64,000 bases of DNA from Sulfolobales archaeon (GCA_038867615.1 JAWBYA010000001.1:160001-224000), one strand, 5' to 3'. Positions 40,224-50,242 are shown, counted from the stretch's first letter. Numbers and translations are program-made. The notes: generated by a model not told the origin, from the sequence alone.

Positions 40224-41107
40224 CGATGTACCCGCCCAGGTTCTCACTCATAGTCCCCTCAACCCTCGACGAGGCTCTCGAGATCCTGAGCAAGTATGGG
40301 GAGAACGCAAAGGTTCTCGCCGGCGGGCATAGCCTAATACCGCTGATGAAGCTGAGGCTAGCATCGCCGAAGTATATAGTATATATTGGGAAGTTACAGG
40401 GGCTATCCTATATAAGGGAGGAGGCTGGGAGGATACATATAGGTGCTCTCACAACCCACGCGGCAATAGAATCCTCAGACCTTCTGGCAAAGAGAAACCC
40501 ACTCCTATCCGAGACAGCTTCGAAGATAGGGGATCTCCAGGTTAGGAACATGGGCACCATAGGTGGTAGCCTAGCCCATGCAGACCCGGCTGCAGACTAT
40601 CCAGCGGCTATGATAGCCCTCGATGCGGAGATCGTTGCTAAGAGCGTGCGGGGCGAGAGGGTTATCAAAGCAAGCGACTTCTTCAAGGGACCATTCACTA
40701 CAGCGCTAAGGAGTGACGAGCTATTAGTGGAGGTCAGGATACCTGTTCTCAATGGGTTCTTTGGAACAGCGTATGAGAAGCTGGTGTTCAGAGCAATGGA
40801 TTTCGCTATAGTGGGTGTTGCTGCTATGTTAGAGATAGATAAGACCGGAACCATTGTGAAGGCTGGTGTGGGGCTCACAGGTGTTGGGAGCACTGCTGTG
40901 AGGGCCAAGGGGGTTGAGGAGGAGCTTGTTGGAAAACCGGCTAGCATTGATACTATAGCCAAGGCCTCGGCAAGGGCTTCAGAGAATCTCAATCCGCCGA
41001 GCGATATAAGGGCCTCTTCGGAGTATAGGAGAGCGATGGCTGTTGTGATGGCCAAGAGGGCTCTCTCAAGAGCTCTCGAGGCTGCCAAGGCCAGGATGAA
41101 GGGTTAA
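40220..41107 (+). CDS. coxM: Molybdenum hydroxylase FAD subunit (CoxM/CutM)
   Basis: LAGGHSLIPLMKLR, VRNMGTIGGSLAHADPAAD, DIRASSEYR. Confidence 0.93.
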   Translation: MTMYPPRFSLIVPSTLDEALEILSKYGENAKVLAGGHSLIPLMKLRLASPKYIVYIGKLQGLSYIREEAGRIHIGALTTHAAIESSDLLAKRNPLLSETASKIGDLQVRNMGTIGGSLAHADPAADYPAAMIALDAEIVAKSVRGERVIKASDFFKGPFTTALRSDELLVEVRIPVLNGFFGTAYEKLVFRAMDFAIVGVAAMLEIDKTGTIVKAGVGLTGVGSTAVRAKGVEEELVGKPASIDTIAKASARASENLNPPSDIRASSEYRRAMAVVMAKRALSRALEAAKARMKG

Positions 41108-41155
41108 GGATAACCTGACCTTTAGCACTTTTTAAACACCGAGTCTCTTCTTATT

Positions 41156-42061
41156 TTGGCGATATGTGGGTTGGGTATCGATCTGAATAGCATTACTGTT
41201 GAGGATGTTGCTAGGATCCTTTCGAGTGTTGGTTATGTTGCTGACAAGAGGATCGCTACTGCTGTTTTCCTGGCAATAAGGCTTGAAAAACCCCTACTAG
41301 TTGAGGGCGAGCCTGGCTGTGGTAAGACAGAGCTTGCTAAGGCGTTGGCAGAGGGGCTTGGGACAGAGCTTATAAGGCTCCAGTGCTATGAGGGGCTTGA
41401 CGCCTCTAAGGCTCTCTATGAGTGGGACTATCCGAGGCAGCTGATAGCTATAAGGCTTCTTGAGAGGTTTGCCAAGCCCGAGGAGATAGAGAGGGAGATC
41501 TATAGTGAGAAGTACCTACTTAAAAGACCCCTTCTAAGAGCAGCTACTAGTGATAGCGAAAAACCACCTGTTCTCTTGATAGACGAGGTTGATAGGGCTG
41601 ATGAGGAGTTCGAGGCGCTCTTGCTGGAATTCCTCTCAGAGTTCCAGATAACGGTGCCCGAGATAGGTACTATAAAGGCTTCTAAGAAACCCATAGTTAT
41701 ACTCACATCAAACAGGACTAGGGAGGTTGGCGACGGGCTTAGGAGGAGATGCCTCTACCTCTACCTATCATACCCAGAGAGGGAGAGGGAGCTCGAGATC
41801 CTGAGGAGAAAAGTCCCAGGGATCTCTGAGAAGCTTGCCAACGAGGTTGTCGATGCGGTGAGACTGATAAGATCTATAGATGGTGTGGTGAAGAAGCCAG
41901 GGATCTCTGAGACTATAGAGTGGGCTAGGGCTCTCAAGGAGATGGGCTTTACAGAACTCTCTATAGAGGCTGTGAGAAACACACTTTCTGTGGTTCTAAA
42001 GCTTCCAGAGGATATAGAGAAGGTTGATATAGAGGGCTTGGTTTCGAAGGTGAAGAGGTAG
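41156..42061 (+). CDS. coxD: MoxR-family AAA+ ATPase (CoxD-like)
   Basis: EGEPGCGKT, RLQCYEGLD, LIDEVDRAD, LTSNRTRE. Confidence 0.9.
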   Translation: MAICGLGIDLNSITVEDVARILSSVGYVADKRIATAVFLAIRLEKPLLVEGEPGCGKTELAKALAEGLGTELIRLQCYEGLDASKALYEWDYPRQLIAIRLLERFAKPEEIEREIYSEKYLLKRPLLRAATSDSEKPPVLLIDEVDRADEEFEALLLEFLSEFQITVPEIGTIKASKKPIVILTSNRTREVGDGLRRRCLYLYLSYPERERELEILRRKVPGISEKLANEVVDAVRLIRSIDGVVKKPGISETIEWARALKEMGFTELSIEAVRNTLSVVLKLPEDIEKVDIEGLVSKVKR

Positions 42062-42068
42062 CCCTCTT

Positions 42069-43172
42069 TTGAGGAGAGTTACCCTGGATAACCTGGTTGG
42101 CTTCGTAAGAATCCTTAGGGAGAGCGGGTTTAGGTTAGGCTTGTCAGAGGATATGGATGCTCTTAATGGTTTGATGGCGGCAGGCATGTTTGGCGAGCTA
42201 CCCCGTGATATGGATCTCTTTAGAGAGGTTCTGAGAGTATCTCTTGTTAAGGATCCAGAGCAGTATGGGGTGTTTGACAAGCTTTTCGAGAGCTACTGGG
42301 TATATGGGGAGGAGCGGGAGAAGATCGTGAGGAGGGTTGAGGTTAGGGTTTATAGCGAGGGGAACATGCCGGAGGCTGTGGCGAGGTTTATCTCGATCTA
42401 TAGTCCTCTGGATGTTAGGGGTAGGGTTCCGAGAGAGGCTAGGGCGGATCCTAGGGAGAGGATAACTATGAGGAGGATCTTCAAGCTGATCAGGAGAGCG
42501 GTTCCCACAGAGCCAGGGGTTAGGAGGAGGATCTCTCATAAAGGAGAGCTTGATTTCCCCAGAAGCTATAGAGATGCCTTATCAACGCTGGGCGATCTTG
42601 TGAGGCTTAGGAGGAGTGTGAGGAAGAGGGTGAGAACACATTTTGTAATAGCCATAGATGTTAGCGGATCTATGGAGGATAGCTGGGAATCGATCCTGAG
42701 GCTCATAAGATCCCTGAGGGGGTTTTCGACAAATAGATATGAGGTGTTTCTCTTCAGCACCGATATACTTAGGATCACAAATGCTATAGCCTATAGCGAT
42801 GAGAAGCTCAAGCAGCTTATCATCAAAAGCGGTTTATGGGGTAGCGGTACCAAGATAGGGGAGTCGCTCTATAGGCTTATAACCGATTATAAGGGGTATG
42901 TTAGAGATACCAGTGTTGTGATCATAATAAGCGATGGATGGGATCTAGGGGATCTGGGATTGCTTGAGAAGAGCCTTGCGTTGATGAGAAAAACCGTGAG
43001 GAAGATCCTGTGGTTATCGCCCCACGCCGGTAAAAGCGGGTTCTCACCAGAGACGGCATGCTTGAGGATAGCGACCAGATATGTTGATGCAATACTACCA
43101 CTAGAGATCCTCTATGATATGGGGGTGCTGCGGAAACATATTAGAATGAACAGGCGCGTGTTCTCGAGATAG
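42069..43172 (+). CDS. coxE: VWA-domain protein (CoxE-like)
   Basis: DVSGSM MIDAS, WGSGTKIG, ISDGWD, WLSPH. Confidence 0.88.
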   Translation: MRRVTLDNLVGFVRILRESGFRLGLSEDMDALNGLMAAGMFGELPRDMDLFREVLRVSLVKDPEQYGVFDKLFESYWVYGEEREKIVRRVEVRVYSEGNMPEAVARFISIYSPLDVRGRVPREARADPRERITMRRIFKLIRRAVPTEPGVRRRISHKGELDFPRSYRDALSTLGDLVRLRRSVRKRVRTHFVIAIDVSGSMEDSWESILRLIRSLRGFSTNRYEVFLFSTDILRITNAIAYSDEKLKQLIIKSGLWGSGTKIGESLYRLITDYKGYVRDTSVVIIISDGWDLGDLGLLEKSLALMRKTVRKILWLSPHAGKSGFSPETACLRIATRYVDAILPLEILYDMGVLRKHIRMNRRVFSR

Positions 43173-43292
43173 TGTGGAGAGTTATAGCTACTAACCACTA
43201 GAGGTGTTATTGCCATAATTATAACAATTATTGCCTATGACCATATATTGTTTATTAATACGCTATAGTTAAGTATTATTGGGTATTATCCG

Positions 43293-44261
43293 GTGGAGAC
43301 ATCGATTAGGAAGGTAATAAAGATTGGTGAGAAAAGCTATGGGATAACTATACCTAAGGAGTGGTTAGATAAACTCAAGATAAGAGTAGGCTCTACAGTA
43401 GAGACTGTAATGGTGGGTGATCATATAACGATAAGACCAGTAACACCAGGGGGTCTTGAGAGGATGATAATCCTTGATGAGGATGATGAGAGCATGCTTG
43501 CTAAGCTGGTTATAGCCTCTTACATCGAGGGGAAAGATCTGATAGCGCTGAGGGGCGATAGAGGCTCGGTGAGGAGGGCTTTTAATAGTATTAAGGATAA
43601 GCTCCCAGGGATGATCTTCGTTGAGAGGGGAGAGCTCCCGGAGATCAGGATAACAGCCGATGAGAGGATGGTTAACATTATAGAGATTATAAAAACCATG
43701 AAAGGGGCTGTTCAGGCCATGATAGATCAGATGGTTAAGTATCTAGATAACAAGGATCCAGGTCATTTGAAAGAGATCCTGATAATCGATGATGAGCTAG
43801 ACTCGCTATACTTCATAGGGCTTAGAAGCATTAAGAGGATGTCTGCCAAGATGCCTGAGGAGTCTATAGACCTAACAATAGTTGTAAAAGCCCTCGAGCA
43901 TATGGGCGACGCTCTGGATAGATCCTCTAACTATCTTATGAGCGCACAGATCTCTGAGAAGTGTGCTGATGCGTATAAGGAGATGATTCGCCTCGCCGCT
44001 GATTACTTCTCTGAGTCCTTCGAGGCATTCCTCTCAGGGAACTATAGGGTTTCTCTAGAGAACCTGAACCAGCGTCCCGTTAAGGTTAGCAATGTCTTCG
44101 ATATCTCGAAGAAGAGTGCCTGCTTCGAAGAGCTATCAGCATTAATACATGAGACGCTGATCTTGGTGGCATCATCAGCAGAGATCTCTGAGGCCTCGGT
44201 TAGCAGGTATATAAGAAATATCCAGCAACAAAAGGCTAGCACGATAGCTCAGAAAGAGTAG
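43293..44261 (+). CDS. AbrB-domain/PhoU-family phosphate uptake regulator
   Basis: RKVIKIGEKSYGITIPKEW AbrB domain; DDELDSLYF and LEHMGD PhoU-like motifs. Confidence 0.85.
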   Translation: METSIRKVIKIGEKSYGITIPKEWLDKLKIRVGSTVETVMVGDHITIRPVTPGGLERMIILDEDDESMLAKLVIASYIEGKDLIALRGDRGSVRRAFNSIKDKLPGMIFVERGELPEIRITADERMVNIIEIIKTMKGAVQAMIDQMVKYLDNKDPGHLKEILIIDDELDSLYFIGLRSIKRMSAKMPEESIDLTIVVKALEHMGDALDRSSNYLMSAQISEKCADAYKEMIRLAADYFSESFEAFLSGNYRVSLENLNQRPVKVSNVFDISKKSACFEELSALIHETLILVASSAEISEASVSRYIRNIQQQKASTIAQKE

Positions 44262-44355
44262 TAGGTTGAGGTTTAGAGAAGACACAGTGATAGTGGAACT
44301 CTTATGGAAAAGGCTTGAAAAGCAAGAGCGTAATAAACAACACATGGAATAAATC

Positions 44356-45054
44356 TTAGAAGAGCCTGTTTTTGTCAAATATTCTTGTAAGGGATAGTTT
44401 GGAGCTTATTATCTCGATCACCTCTCTCCTGAGGTTGGGATCCTCCTCGAAGGCTCCTCTAACAGCTCTGGTAACCATCTTGATGGGCTCTTTGACCCCT
44501 CTGTGGAGGGCGCAGAGATGCATAGCCTCTATAACTACCATGACTCCCTTAGCCTCTAGATAGCTTGATATGAAGTCGGCTATCTGGTTAGTGAGTCTCT
44601 CCTGGACTTGAAGCCTTCTTGAGAAGGCGTCAACTATTCTGGCGAATTTTGAGAAGCCCAGAACCTTATTACTCGGTATATATGCTATTGCTGCTGTCCC
44701 TACTATTGGTAAGAGGTGGTGCTCGCACATGCTTCTCACGGGTATGTCATATACTATCACGATGTTATTCCACATCTCTACAGTCTCTTCGCCATTGTCG
44801 CCCTCGTAGTTGAAGATCTTTACATGTTCGTCAGGGTTTATTAAATACCCCTTGGCTAGCTCGTCGAGCCACATTCTAGCGACTCTTTCGGGTGTTTCCC
44901 TCAAACCCTCCCTCTCAGGATCCTCGCCTATGATTTCTAGTAGCTTTCTAATGATCTCTGTTAGTTCCTTATATAGCTTCTCCCTAGATCTTGAGTTCGG
45001 ACTAGCTTCACCCTCTAGGGATACCATTAGAATCGCCTTTAAGACAAGCTCCAT
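44356..45054 (-). CDS. folE: GTP cyclohydrolase I (FolE type)
   Basis: [40 protein letters not shown]...RG; true start may be a few codons downstream. Confidence 0.94.
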   Translation of the reverse strand: MELVLKAILMVSLEGEASPNSRSREKLYKELTEIIRKLLEIIGEDPEREGLRETPERVARMWLDELAKGYLINPDEHVKIFNYEGDNGEETVEMWNNIVIVYDIPVRSMCEHHLLPIVGTAAIAYIPSNKVLGFSKFARIVDAFSRRLQVQERLTNQIADFISSYLEAKGVMVVIEAMHLCALHRGVKEPIKMVTRAVRGAFEEDPNLRREVIEIISSKLSLTRIFDKNRLF

Positions 45055-45113
45055 GTATTAGCTTAGCCTCAATGCTTAAAAGATTTATTGCGTAGCTCTT
45101 AATGGTCTGAGAC

Positions 45114-45494
45114 ATGCCTGTATACCAGGGGAACGATCTTAAGAAAATAACGGGCGGTAAAAAGAGAGCCTATAGAAAGCCCAGGAGGAGGGAGGTAGGC
45201 AGCTTTCCTACCGATACTATAGTTTCTGAGATTGAAGAGAGGGTTGTGTCGAGAGCCTATGGTGGGAATTCCAAGATCAGGGTTAGGAAGGCTCTTTACG
45301 CTAATGTCCAGATCCCTGGTGGTGAGAGTAAGAAGGCAAAGATCCTGAGGGTTGTTGAAGCCCCCATGAATCCTGACTATGTTAGGAGGGGGATCATTGT
45401 GAAGGGGGTTGTTATAGAGACAGAGCTTGGGAGGGCTGTAGTAACCTCGAGACCTGGGCAGGATGGTGTTGTCAACGCCATCTTGATCAAGTGA
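45114..45494 (+). CDS. rps8e: 30S ribosomal protein S8e
   Basis: YQGNDLKKITGG, VTSRPGQDGVVNA. Confidence 0.97.
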   Translation: MPVYQGNDLKKITGGKKRAYRKPRRREVGSFPTDTIVSEIEERVVSRAYGGNSKIRVRKALYANVQIPGGESKKAKILRVVEAPMNPDYVRRGIIVKGVVIETELGRAVVTSRPGQDGVVNAILIK

Positions 45495-45503
45495 CGTGGT
45501 AGG

Positions 45504-45782
45504 ATGGCAAGGAGGATCATTGTCTGGCTATCATATCTAGACCCAAGCATTCCCAGGAGACTTGGGAGGAGGATAGCAAGGAATCTGCTTCCTAGCAAGA
45601 TCACGCTAAACGATCTTTTAGAAGCCTGTAGATCCCTAGGCTTAAAATGCGAGGCTCTAGAGGATAAGAAATACCCCAGGACATGGTATATGGGTCACAA
45701 TGCTGTTGCGATAGAATATGAGGGGAAGAAGTCACAGCTATTGAGAGAAATAGCAAAGGCGCTTTCAAGCAGGGTTTCTTAA
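45504..45782 (+). CDS. srp19: Signal recognition particle 19 kDa protein
   Basis: IVWLSYLD...RRLGRR, KKYPRTW, KSQLLREIA. Confidence 0.9.
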   Translation: MARRIIVWLSYLDPSIPRRLGRRIARNLLPSKITLNDLLEACRSLGLKCEALEDKKYPRTWYMGHNAVAIEYEGKKSQLLREIAKALSSRVS

Positions 45783-45803
45783 GCACCTAACCTCTGCTCC
45801 ATA

Positions 45804-45858
45804 TAAGCTTATATACGTATTAACCCATATATACAGTTAGGAGGAAGTGTAAATATGA
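45804..45858 (+). promoter_or_regulatory. Promoter/leader module of sufC (copy 1)
   Basis: 43/55 identical, gap-free, to 46603-46657: TATA, CCCATATATACAG, GAGG, TGTAAATATG. Confidence 0.75.
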
Positions 45859-46598
45859 CCTCTGAGGGTCTTGTGGTAAGAAATGTTAAAGCCGCTATTG
45901 AGGGGAAGGTTGTGCTAAGAGGAGTGAATCTTGTAGTAAAGCCTGGAGAGATCCACGCCCTTATGGGTCCTAATGGTAGCGGTAAGAGCAGTCTTGCGTA
46001 TGTAATAATGGGTCATCCGAAATACGAGATCCTAGAAGGAAGCATAGTTGTCGATGGAGAGGATATAGTATCTCTACCCCCTGAGGAGAGGGCTAAAAAG
46101 GGAGTGTTTCTAGCATTCCAAGCACCACCGGAGACTATGGTGAAGACTAGGAACCTCTTGATCCATATATCTAAGATCAGGGGTGTTCCTTTCTCTAGAG
46201 CTCTGGAGGCTATGAAGAGGGTTGGTTTGCAGCAAGATCTTCTCGATAGATATCTTAACAAAGGATTCTCTGGAGGCGAGATGAAGAGATCAGAAATAAT
46301 CCAACTCTACCTATCAAGCCCGAAATACCCCATATTGGATGAGCCTGATAGCGGTATGGATGTAGAGGGTCTTCTAGCAATCGGTAGCCTTGTTAAGGAG
46401 CTTAAACAGAATGGCTCAGGTATTCTTGTGATAACACATGTTGCCAGGCTTTTCAGAGATTTTAGCCCCGACTACGTGCATGTCATGATCGATGGAAGAA
46501 TCGTTCTCACGGGCGGGCATGAAATAGTGAAGCTTGTGGATGAGAAGGGCTACGAGTATATAAAAACTAACTATGCTCCCAAGGAGGATACGGGTTGA
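45855..46598 (+). CDS. sufC: Fe-S cluster assembly ATPase SufC
   Basis: HALMGPNGSGKS, FLAFQAP, GFSGGEMKR, LDEPDSG. Confidence 0.95.
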   Translation: MTSEGLVVRNVKAAIEGKVVLRGVNLVVKPGEIHALMGPNGSGKSSLAYVIMGHPKYEILEGSIVVDGEDIVSLPPEERAKKGVFLAFQAPPETMVKTRNLLIHISKIRGVPFSRALEAMKRVGLQQDLLDRYLNKGFSGGEMKRSEIIQLYLSSPKYPILDEPDSGMDVEGLLAIGSLVKELKQNGSGILVITHVARLFRDFSPDYVHVMIDGRIVLTGGHEIVKLVDEKGYEYIKTNYAPKEDTG

Positions 46599-46602
46599 GG
46601 GG

Positions 46603-46657
46603 TAAGTTTATAACCCTTGTAGCCCATATATACAGGTAAGAGGTGTTGTAAATATGA
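46603..46657 (+). promoter_or_regulatory. Promoter/leader module of sufB (copy 2)
   Basis: Second copy of the module at 45804-45858. Confidence 0.75.
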
Positions 46658-48075
46658 GTTCAAAAGAGGTTCTTCTGAAGCACTTCTACAAAGATCCTGC
46701 TGAAGAGGCTTTGGGACATATAGAGGTTGGCGGTGCAGAGCTAGTACTTAAAGGGAGGATCTCGAGGGATCTCGTTGAGGAGATCTCGAGGATCAAGAAG
46801 GAGCCTGAGTGGATGAGGCTATGGAGGCTTAGAAATCTAGAGCTCTTTGAAAAGCTCCCATCGCCCAAATGGCTTCCAGGTGTTGAGGAGCTCGATCTTG
46901 ATGAGCTGAGCCACTATATAAAGCCAGACGTACCAAAAGCATCATCTTGGGAGGAGCTGCCTAAAGAGATTGTCGAGGCTTACGAGAGACTTGGGATAAA
47001 GCAGGCTGAGGTAAAATTCCTAGCCGGGTTGAACGCACAGCTCGACTCAGAGACCGTATTCCTCAGGGTTAAGGAGTACGTTGCTAAGAAAGGAGTTATA
47101 GTAACAGATCTAGATACTGCGGTGCAGAAATACCCAGATCTTGTTAAAAAGTACTTCATGAGGATCTTCCCGCCTGAGCATAAGTTCGCAGCACTGCACG
47201 GCGCCCTATGGAGTGGGGGCCTCTTCGTCTACGTACCACCGGGGGTTAGTATAGAGTACCCCATAGAGGCTTTCTTCCTAATTGGAAAAGCTGGTGAGGG
47301 TAATTTCGAACATAGTCTCATAATAGCCGATAAGAATAGCTATGCACACGTGATAGAGGGGTGTGCTGCTCCAAGGCTAAGCAAGGCGAGCTTCCACGAC
47401 GGTATGGTTGAGATCTATGTTCACGAGGGTGCGAGGCTTCACTTCACCACTCTGCAGAACTGGTCCTCCCAGGTGATCAACTTCAATAACAAGAGAGCTA
47501 TTGTTGAGAAGAACGGCTATATAGAGTGGATAGAGGGATCGATAGGGGCTAAAGTGAGCGCTGTGTATCCATCAGCCTTCCTGAAGGGTGAGGGAGCATC
47601 TATGGAGAGCTATGTTATAACATTCGCCAGGGATGGGCATATAAAGGACGGCGGTTCTAAGGCTTACCACCTAGCACCAAATACCAGGAGCAGGATTGTG
47701 TCTAAGAGCATATCGATGACAGGAGGGATTAATATATACAGGGGTCTCGTGAGGATCATGAAAGGAGCTAAGGGTTCGAAGAGCTATACATCGTGCGACT
47801 CACTGCTCCTCGACGAGAAGAGCAAAACATACACGTATCCACATATACAGAACGACGAGCCAACAGCAGTGATAGGGCATGAGGCTAGCGTTGGCAAGCT
47901 GAGCGACCAGCTCATGTTCTACCTAAGGAGCAGAGGGTTCAGGGAGAACGAGGCGCTCAGCCTAATAATAGGAGGCTTTCTGAGCGATGTCCTAGCAAGA
48001 CTCCCATTCGAGCAGGCGGCATTGGTGAAAGCAGCCCTAGATCTGGAGTTCTCGAAGATAGGTTCTGTTGGCTAG
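46654..48075 (+). CDS. sufB: Fe-S cluster assembly protein SufB
   Basis: KKEPEWM, KFAALHGALWSGG, FEHSLI, IEGC, CDSLL, GHEA, FYLRSRG. Confidence 0.96.
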   Translation: MSSKEVLLKHFYKDPAEEALGHIEVGGAELVLKGRISRDLVEEISRIKKEPEWMRLWRLRNLELFEKLPSPKWLPGVEELDLDELSHYIKPDVPKASSWEELPKEIVEAYERLGIKQAEVKFLAGLNAQLDSETVFLRVKEYVAKKGVIVTDLDTAVQKYPDLVKKYFMRIFPPEHKFAALHGALWSGGLFVYVPPGVSIEYPIEAFFLIGKAGEGNFEHSLIIADKNSYAHVIEGCAAPRLSKASFHDGMVEIYVHEGARLHFTTLQNWSSQVINFNNKRAIVEKNGYIEWIEGSIGAKVSAVYPSAFLKGEGASMESYVITFARDGHIKDGGSKAYHLAPNTRSRIVSKSISMTGGINIYRGLVRIMKGAKGSKSYTSCDSLLLDEKSKTYTYPHIQNDEPTAVIGHEASVGKLSDQLMFYLRSRGFRENEALSLIIGGFLSDVLARLPFEQAALVKAALDLEFSKIGSVG

Positions 48076-48089
48076 AGAAGGGAGCCAGG

Positions 48090-49295
48090 TTGGTAGTGAG
48101 ATATTCAGAGATCCTAGGCAAGGCTTTAAAACTATATGGTGAGATACCATACCAATATATGGCCGATTCACCAACGATCAGGTTCTACACAGACTGGAGT
48201 GTTTTTGACAAATACAGGGTTTCCGAGGCTCAGTATCCGTGTGAGGATACTGCTGAGGGGGAATACGATCTAGTTATATCTGGCGGTTGTGTCAGATCTA
48301 GGGGGAGAAGCGGTGTTAGAGTTAAACCAGTTGTGAGAAGCGACCTAGATTCCCTGGATCCCGATTCTCCTCTCTTTAAACTCGTGAGAATCGAGGATTC
48401 AAAGATCTATGCTATGCATGTAGCAGGCTACTCAGCAGGAGCTATAGTATATGTAGACAAGGATCTCGACGAACCATTGAGAATAAGGATCGCCGGCGGC
48501 TCTCTCCATGGCCACTTAGCACAGCATGTATCCATAGTGGTTGGTGAGGGCGTATACGCAAAGATCCAGATTACCACGGAGCCTGCGGAGAATGCGTTGA
48601 GAACAACGGTCGAGGAGGTCACTCTAATGCCGGGAGCAAGGCTAGAGATATCCAACATACTGAGGAACTCACCAAGGGCTCCCAGCTTCCACGCATCCCA
48701 CTACCTATTGCTAGAAGGCTCTGAGGTTATGTCGGGATTATCAGCGATCGCTGGCAATATGTCGAGGATACAGCAGAGAGCAGTGGTTGAGGGAAGAGGT
48801 GCTAGGCACATGGCCTTCGGCGCTGCAATGGGTGGTGGCGAGAACAGGGTGCACTATATAGAGAACGCAGTAGTTAGGGGGAGGGATTCCAGGGCAGTGC
48901 TTAATGTGAGGGGTATTGCTGCAGATTCTGCTAGAACGGTTGTTCAGGCCTTCGCTATACAGGAGGAGGAGTCCTTCGGCTCTGGAACGAATGTCGAGGC
49001 AGCAACACTCACTATAGGTAGAGGAGCGCTTGCGGTAACCCTACCAATGCTTGAGGTAAGATGTGGCGATGTTGTTGAGGCTAGACATGCTGCTTCTCAG
49101 GCTATCCTGGATGTTGATGTTATGACCTATCTTAGATCCAGGGGTCTGTCTATCTATGAGGCTGTTAAGCTGATGACCTATGACTATATAGTCGAGCCGT
49201 TCCAAGACCTGCCTGAATGGATGGTACCGGATCTGGTGAACAATATCTATAACGAGCTTGATAAGATAGACTTCGAATCGCTGAAAATACTATAA
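48090..49295 (+). CDS. sufD: SufD/SufB2-like protein
   Basis: PMLEV...DVVEARHAA, YLRSRG; follows sufB. Confidence 0.85.
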   Translation: MVVRYSEILGKALKLYGEIPYQYMADSPTIRFYTDWSVFDKYRVSEAQYPCEDTAEGEYDLVISGGCVRSRGRSGVRVKPVVRSDLDSLDPDSPLFKLVRIEDSKIYAMHVAGYSAGAIVYVDKDLDEPLRIRIAGGSLHGHLAQHVSIVVGEGVYAKIQITTEPAENALRTTVEEVTLMPGARLEISNILRNSPRAPSFHASHYLLLEGSEVMSGLSAIAGNMSRIQQRAVVEGRGARHMAFGAAMGGGENRVHYIENAVVRGRDSRAVLNVRGIAADSARTVVQAFAIQEEESFGSGTNVEAATLTIGRGALAVTLPMLEVRCGDVVEARHAASQAILDVDVMTYLRSRGLSIYEAVKLMTYDYIVEPFQDLPEWMVPDLVNNIYNELDKIDFESLKIL

Positions 49296-49339
49296 AAACA
49301 CCCAAAGAGATCTTTTAGACCGAGCTTTTACCTCAACAG

Positions 49340-50017
49340 TTACTCATATGTTATCAATGTCCCTACATCTCCCGTTTTAACGGCTCTCAGAATAGTATCC
49401 GGTTCTCTTCCATCAATCACTATAGTTCTAATCCTACTCCTCTCAAGGATCGAGAGTGCTAAGGGGTCTATGAGCTCATACCTCCCCGCAGCAACACTCT
49501 GACCGGATAGTATTTTCCTCAGCTCGCTTACAGATACTCTTTTCAGAAGCCTCGCACTGGGATCCTTAAGGGGGTCTTTATCATATATACCGCTAACCAC
49601 CGTGGCATAGATCAGCAGATCGGCTGATATGGTCTCCGCTATTATTGCTGAAACAGCCACTGTTGACTGACCCGGCTGGAAACCGCCGGCAGTGATTACA
49701 AGCCCCGTACCCCACGCTTGTAAGAGCTCGTCAACATTTCTAACAACCCTTCTATAAGCCCTATCGCCTAGCGATGTTATGAGGAGCATTGCATTAAGCC
49801 TCGAAGCCTCTATCCCAACAAGGTCACATATACTCTCATTACCCCCGAGGGCTCTGCAAGCACTTATATATCTCCTCGCGATATCGCCTCCACCGGTGAC
49901 AATAACCACCCTATGTCCTTCTTTAAGGAGACTATCTATCACGCTTGTTACTCTCGATATATATCCTGGATCCTCTGGCGAGACTAGCTTCCCGCTGATC
50001 TTCAAGACGATCTTCAT
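49340..50017 (-). CDS. pyrH: Uridylate kinase
   Basis: LKISGK, VTGGGDIARRYI, SRLNA, GGFQPGQST, IYDKDP. Confidence 0.95.
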   Translation of the reverse strand: MKIVLKISGKLVSPEDPGYISRVTSVIDSLLKEGHRVVIVTGGGDIARRYISACRALGGNESICDLVGIEASRLNAMLLITSLGDRAYRRVVRNVDELLQAWGTGLVITAGGFQPGQSTVAVSAIIAETISADLLIYATVVSGIYDKDPLKDPSARLLKRVSVSELRKILSGQSVAAGRYELIDPLALSILERSRIRTIVIDGREPDTILRAVKTGDVGTLITYE

Positions 50018-50090
50018 TCACTCCACATCCAATAAATCTCAACAACGATGGGGAAATATATTTTGAAAGACCTTTAACTGGATGCTGAGG

Positions 50091-50191
50091 TGGGCCCGCG
50101 GGGATTTGAACCCCGGACCACGGGAGTTCTCGCCTGGGTCCCGAGTCGGGCTTTACGTGTCCCGCATCCTACCAAGCTAGACCACGGGCCC
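50091..50191 (-). tRNA. tRNA-Pro(CGG) with two introns: 32/33 (50145-50158) and 37/38 (50127-50139)
   Basis: Acceptor GGGCCCG/CGGGCCC plus A; Pro-like D arm GTCTAGCTTGGTAGGAT; stem CGGGA/TCCCG; both introns form perfect BHB central helices (CGGG/CCCG and CUCG/CGAG); spliced loop CU-CGG-GC. Confidence 0.88.
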
Positions 50192-50242
50192 CGATATTTA
50201 AATAATAGTAAGAGGTTAATGAGGGTTTCTAGGAAGCCTTAG

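Noticed and set aside
50152-50160. Reading the minus-strand tRNA as Thr(CGT) with one intron
   Set aside because: It would need A33 and has no BHB; the D arm, acceptor and discriminator fit Pro
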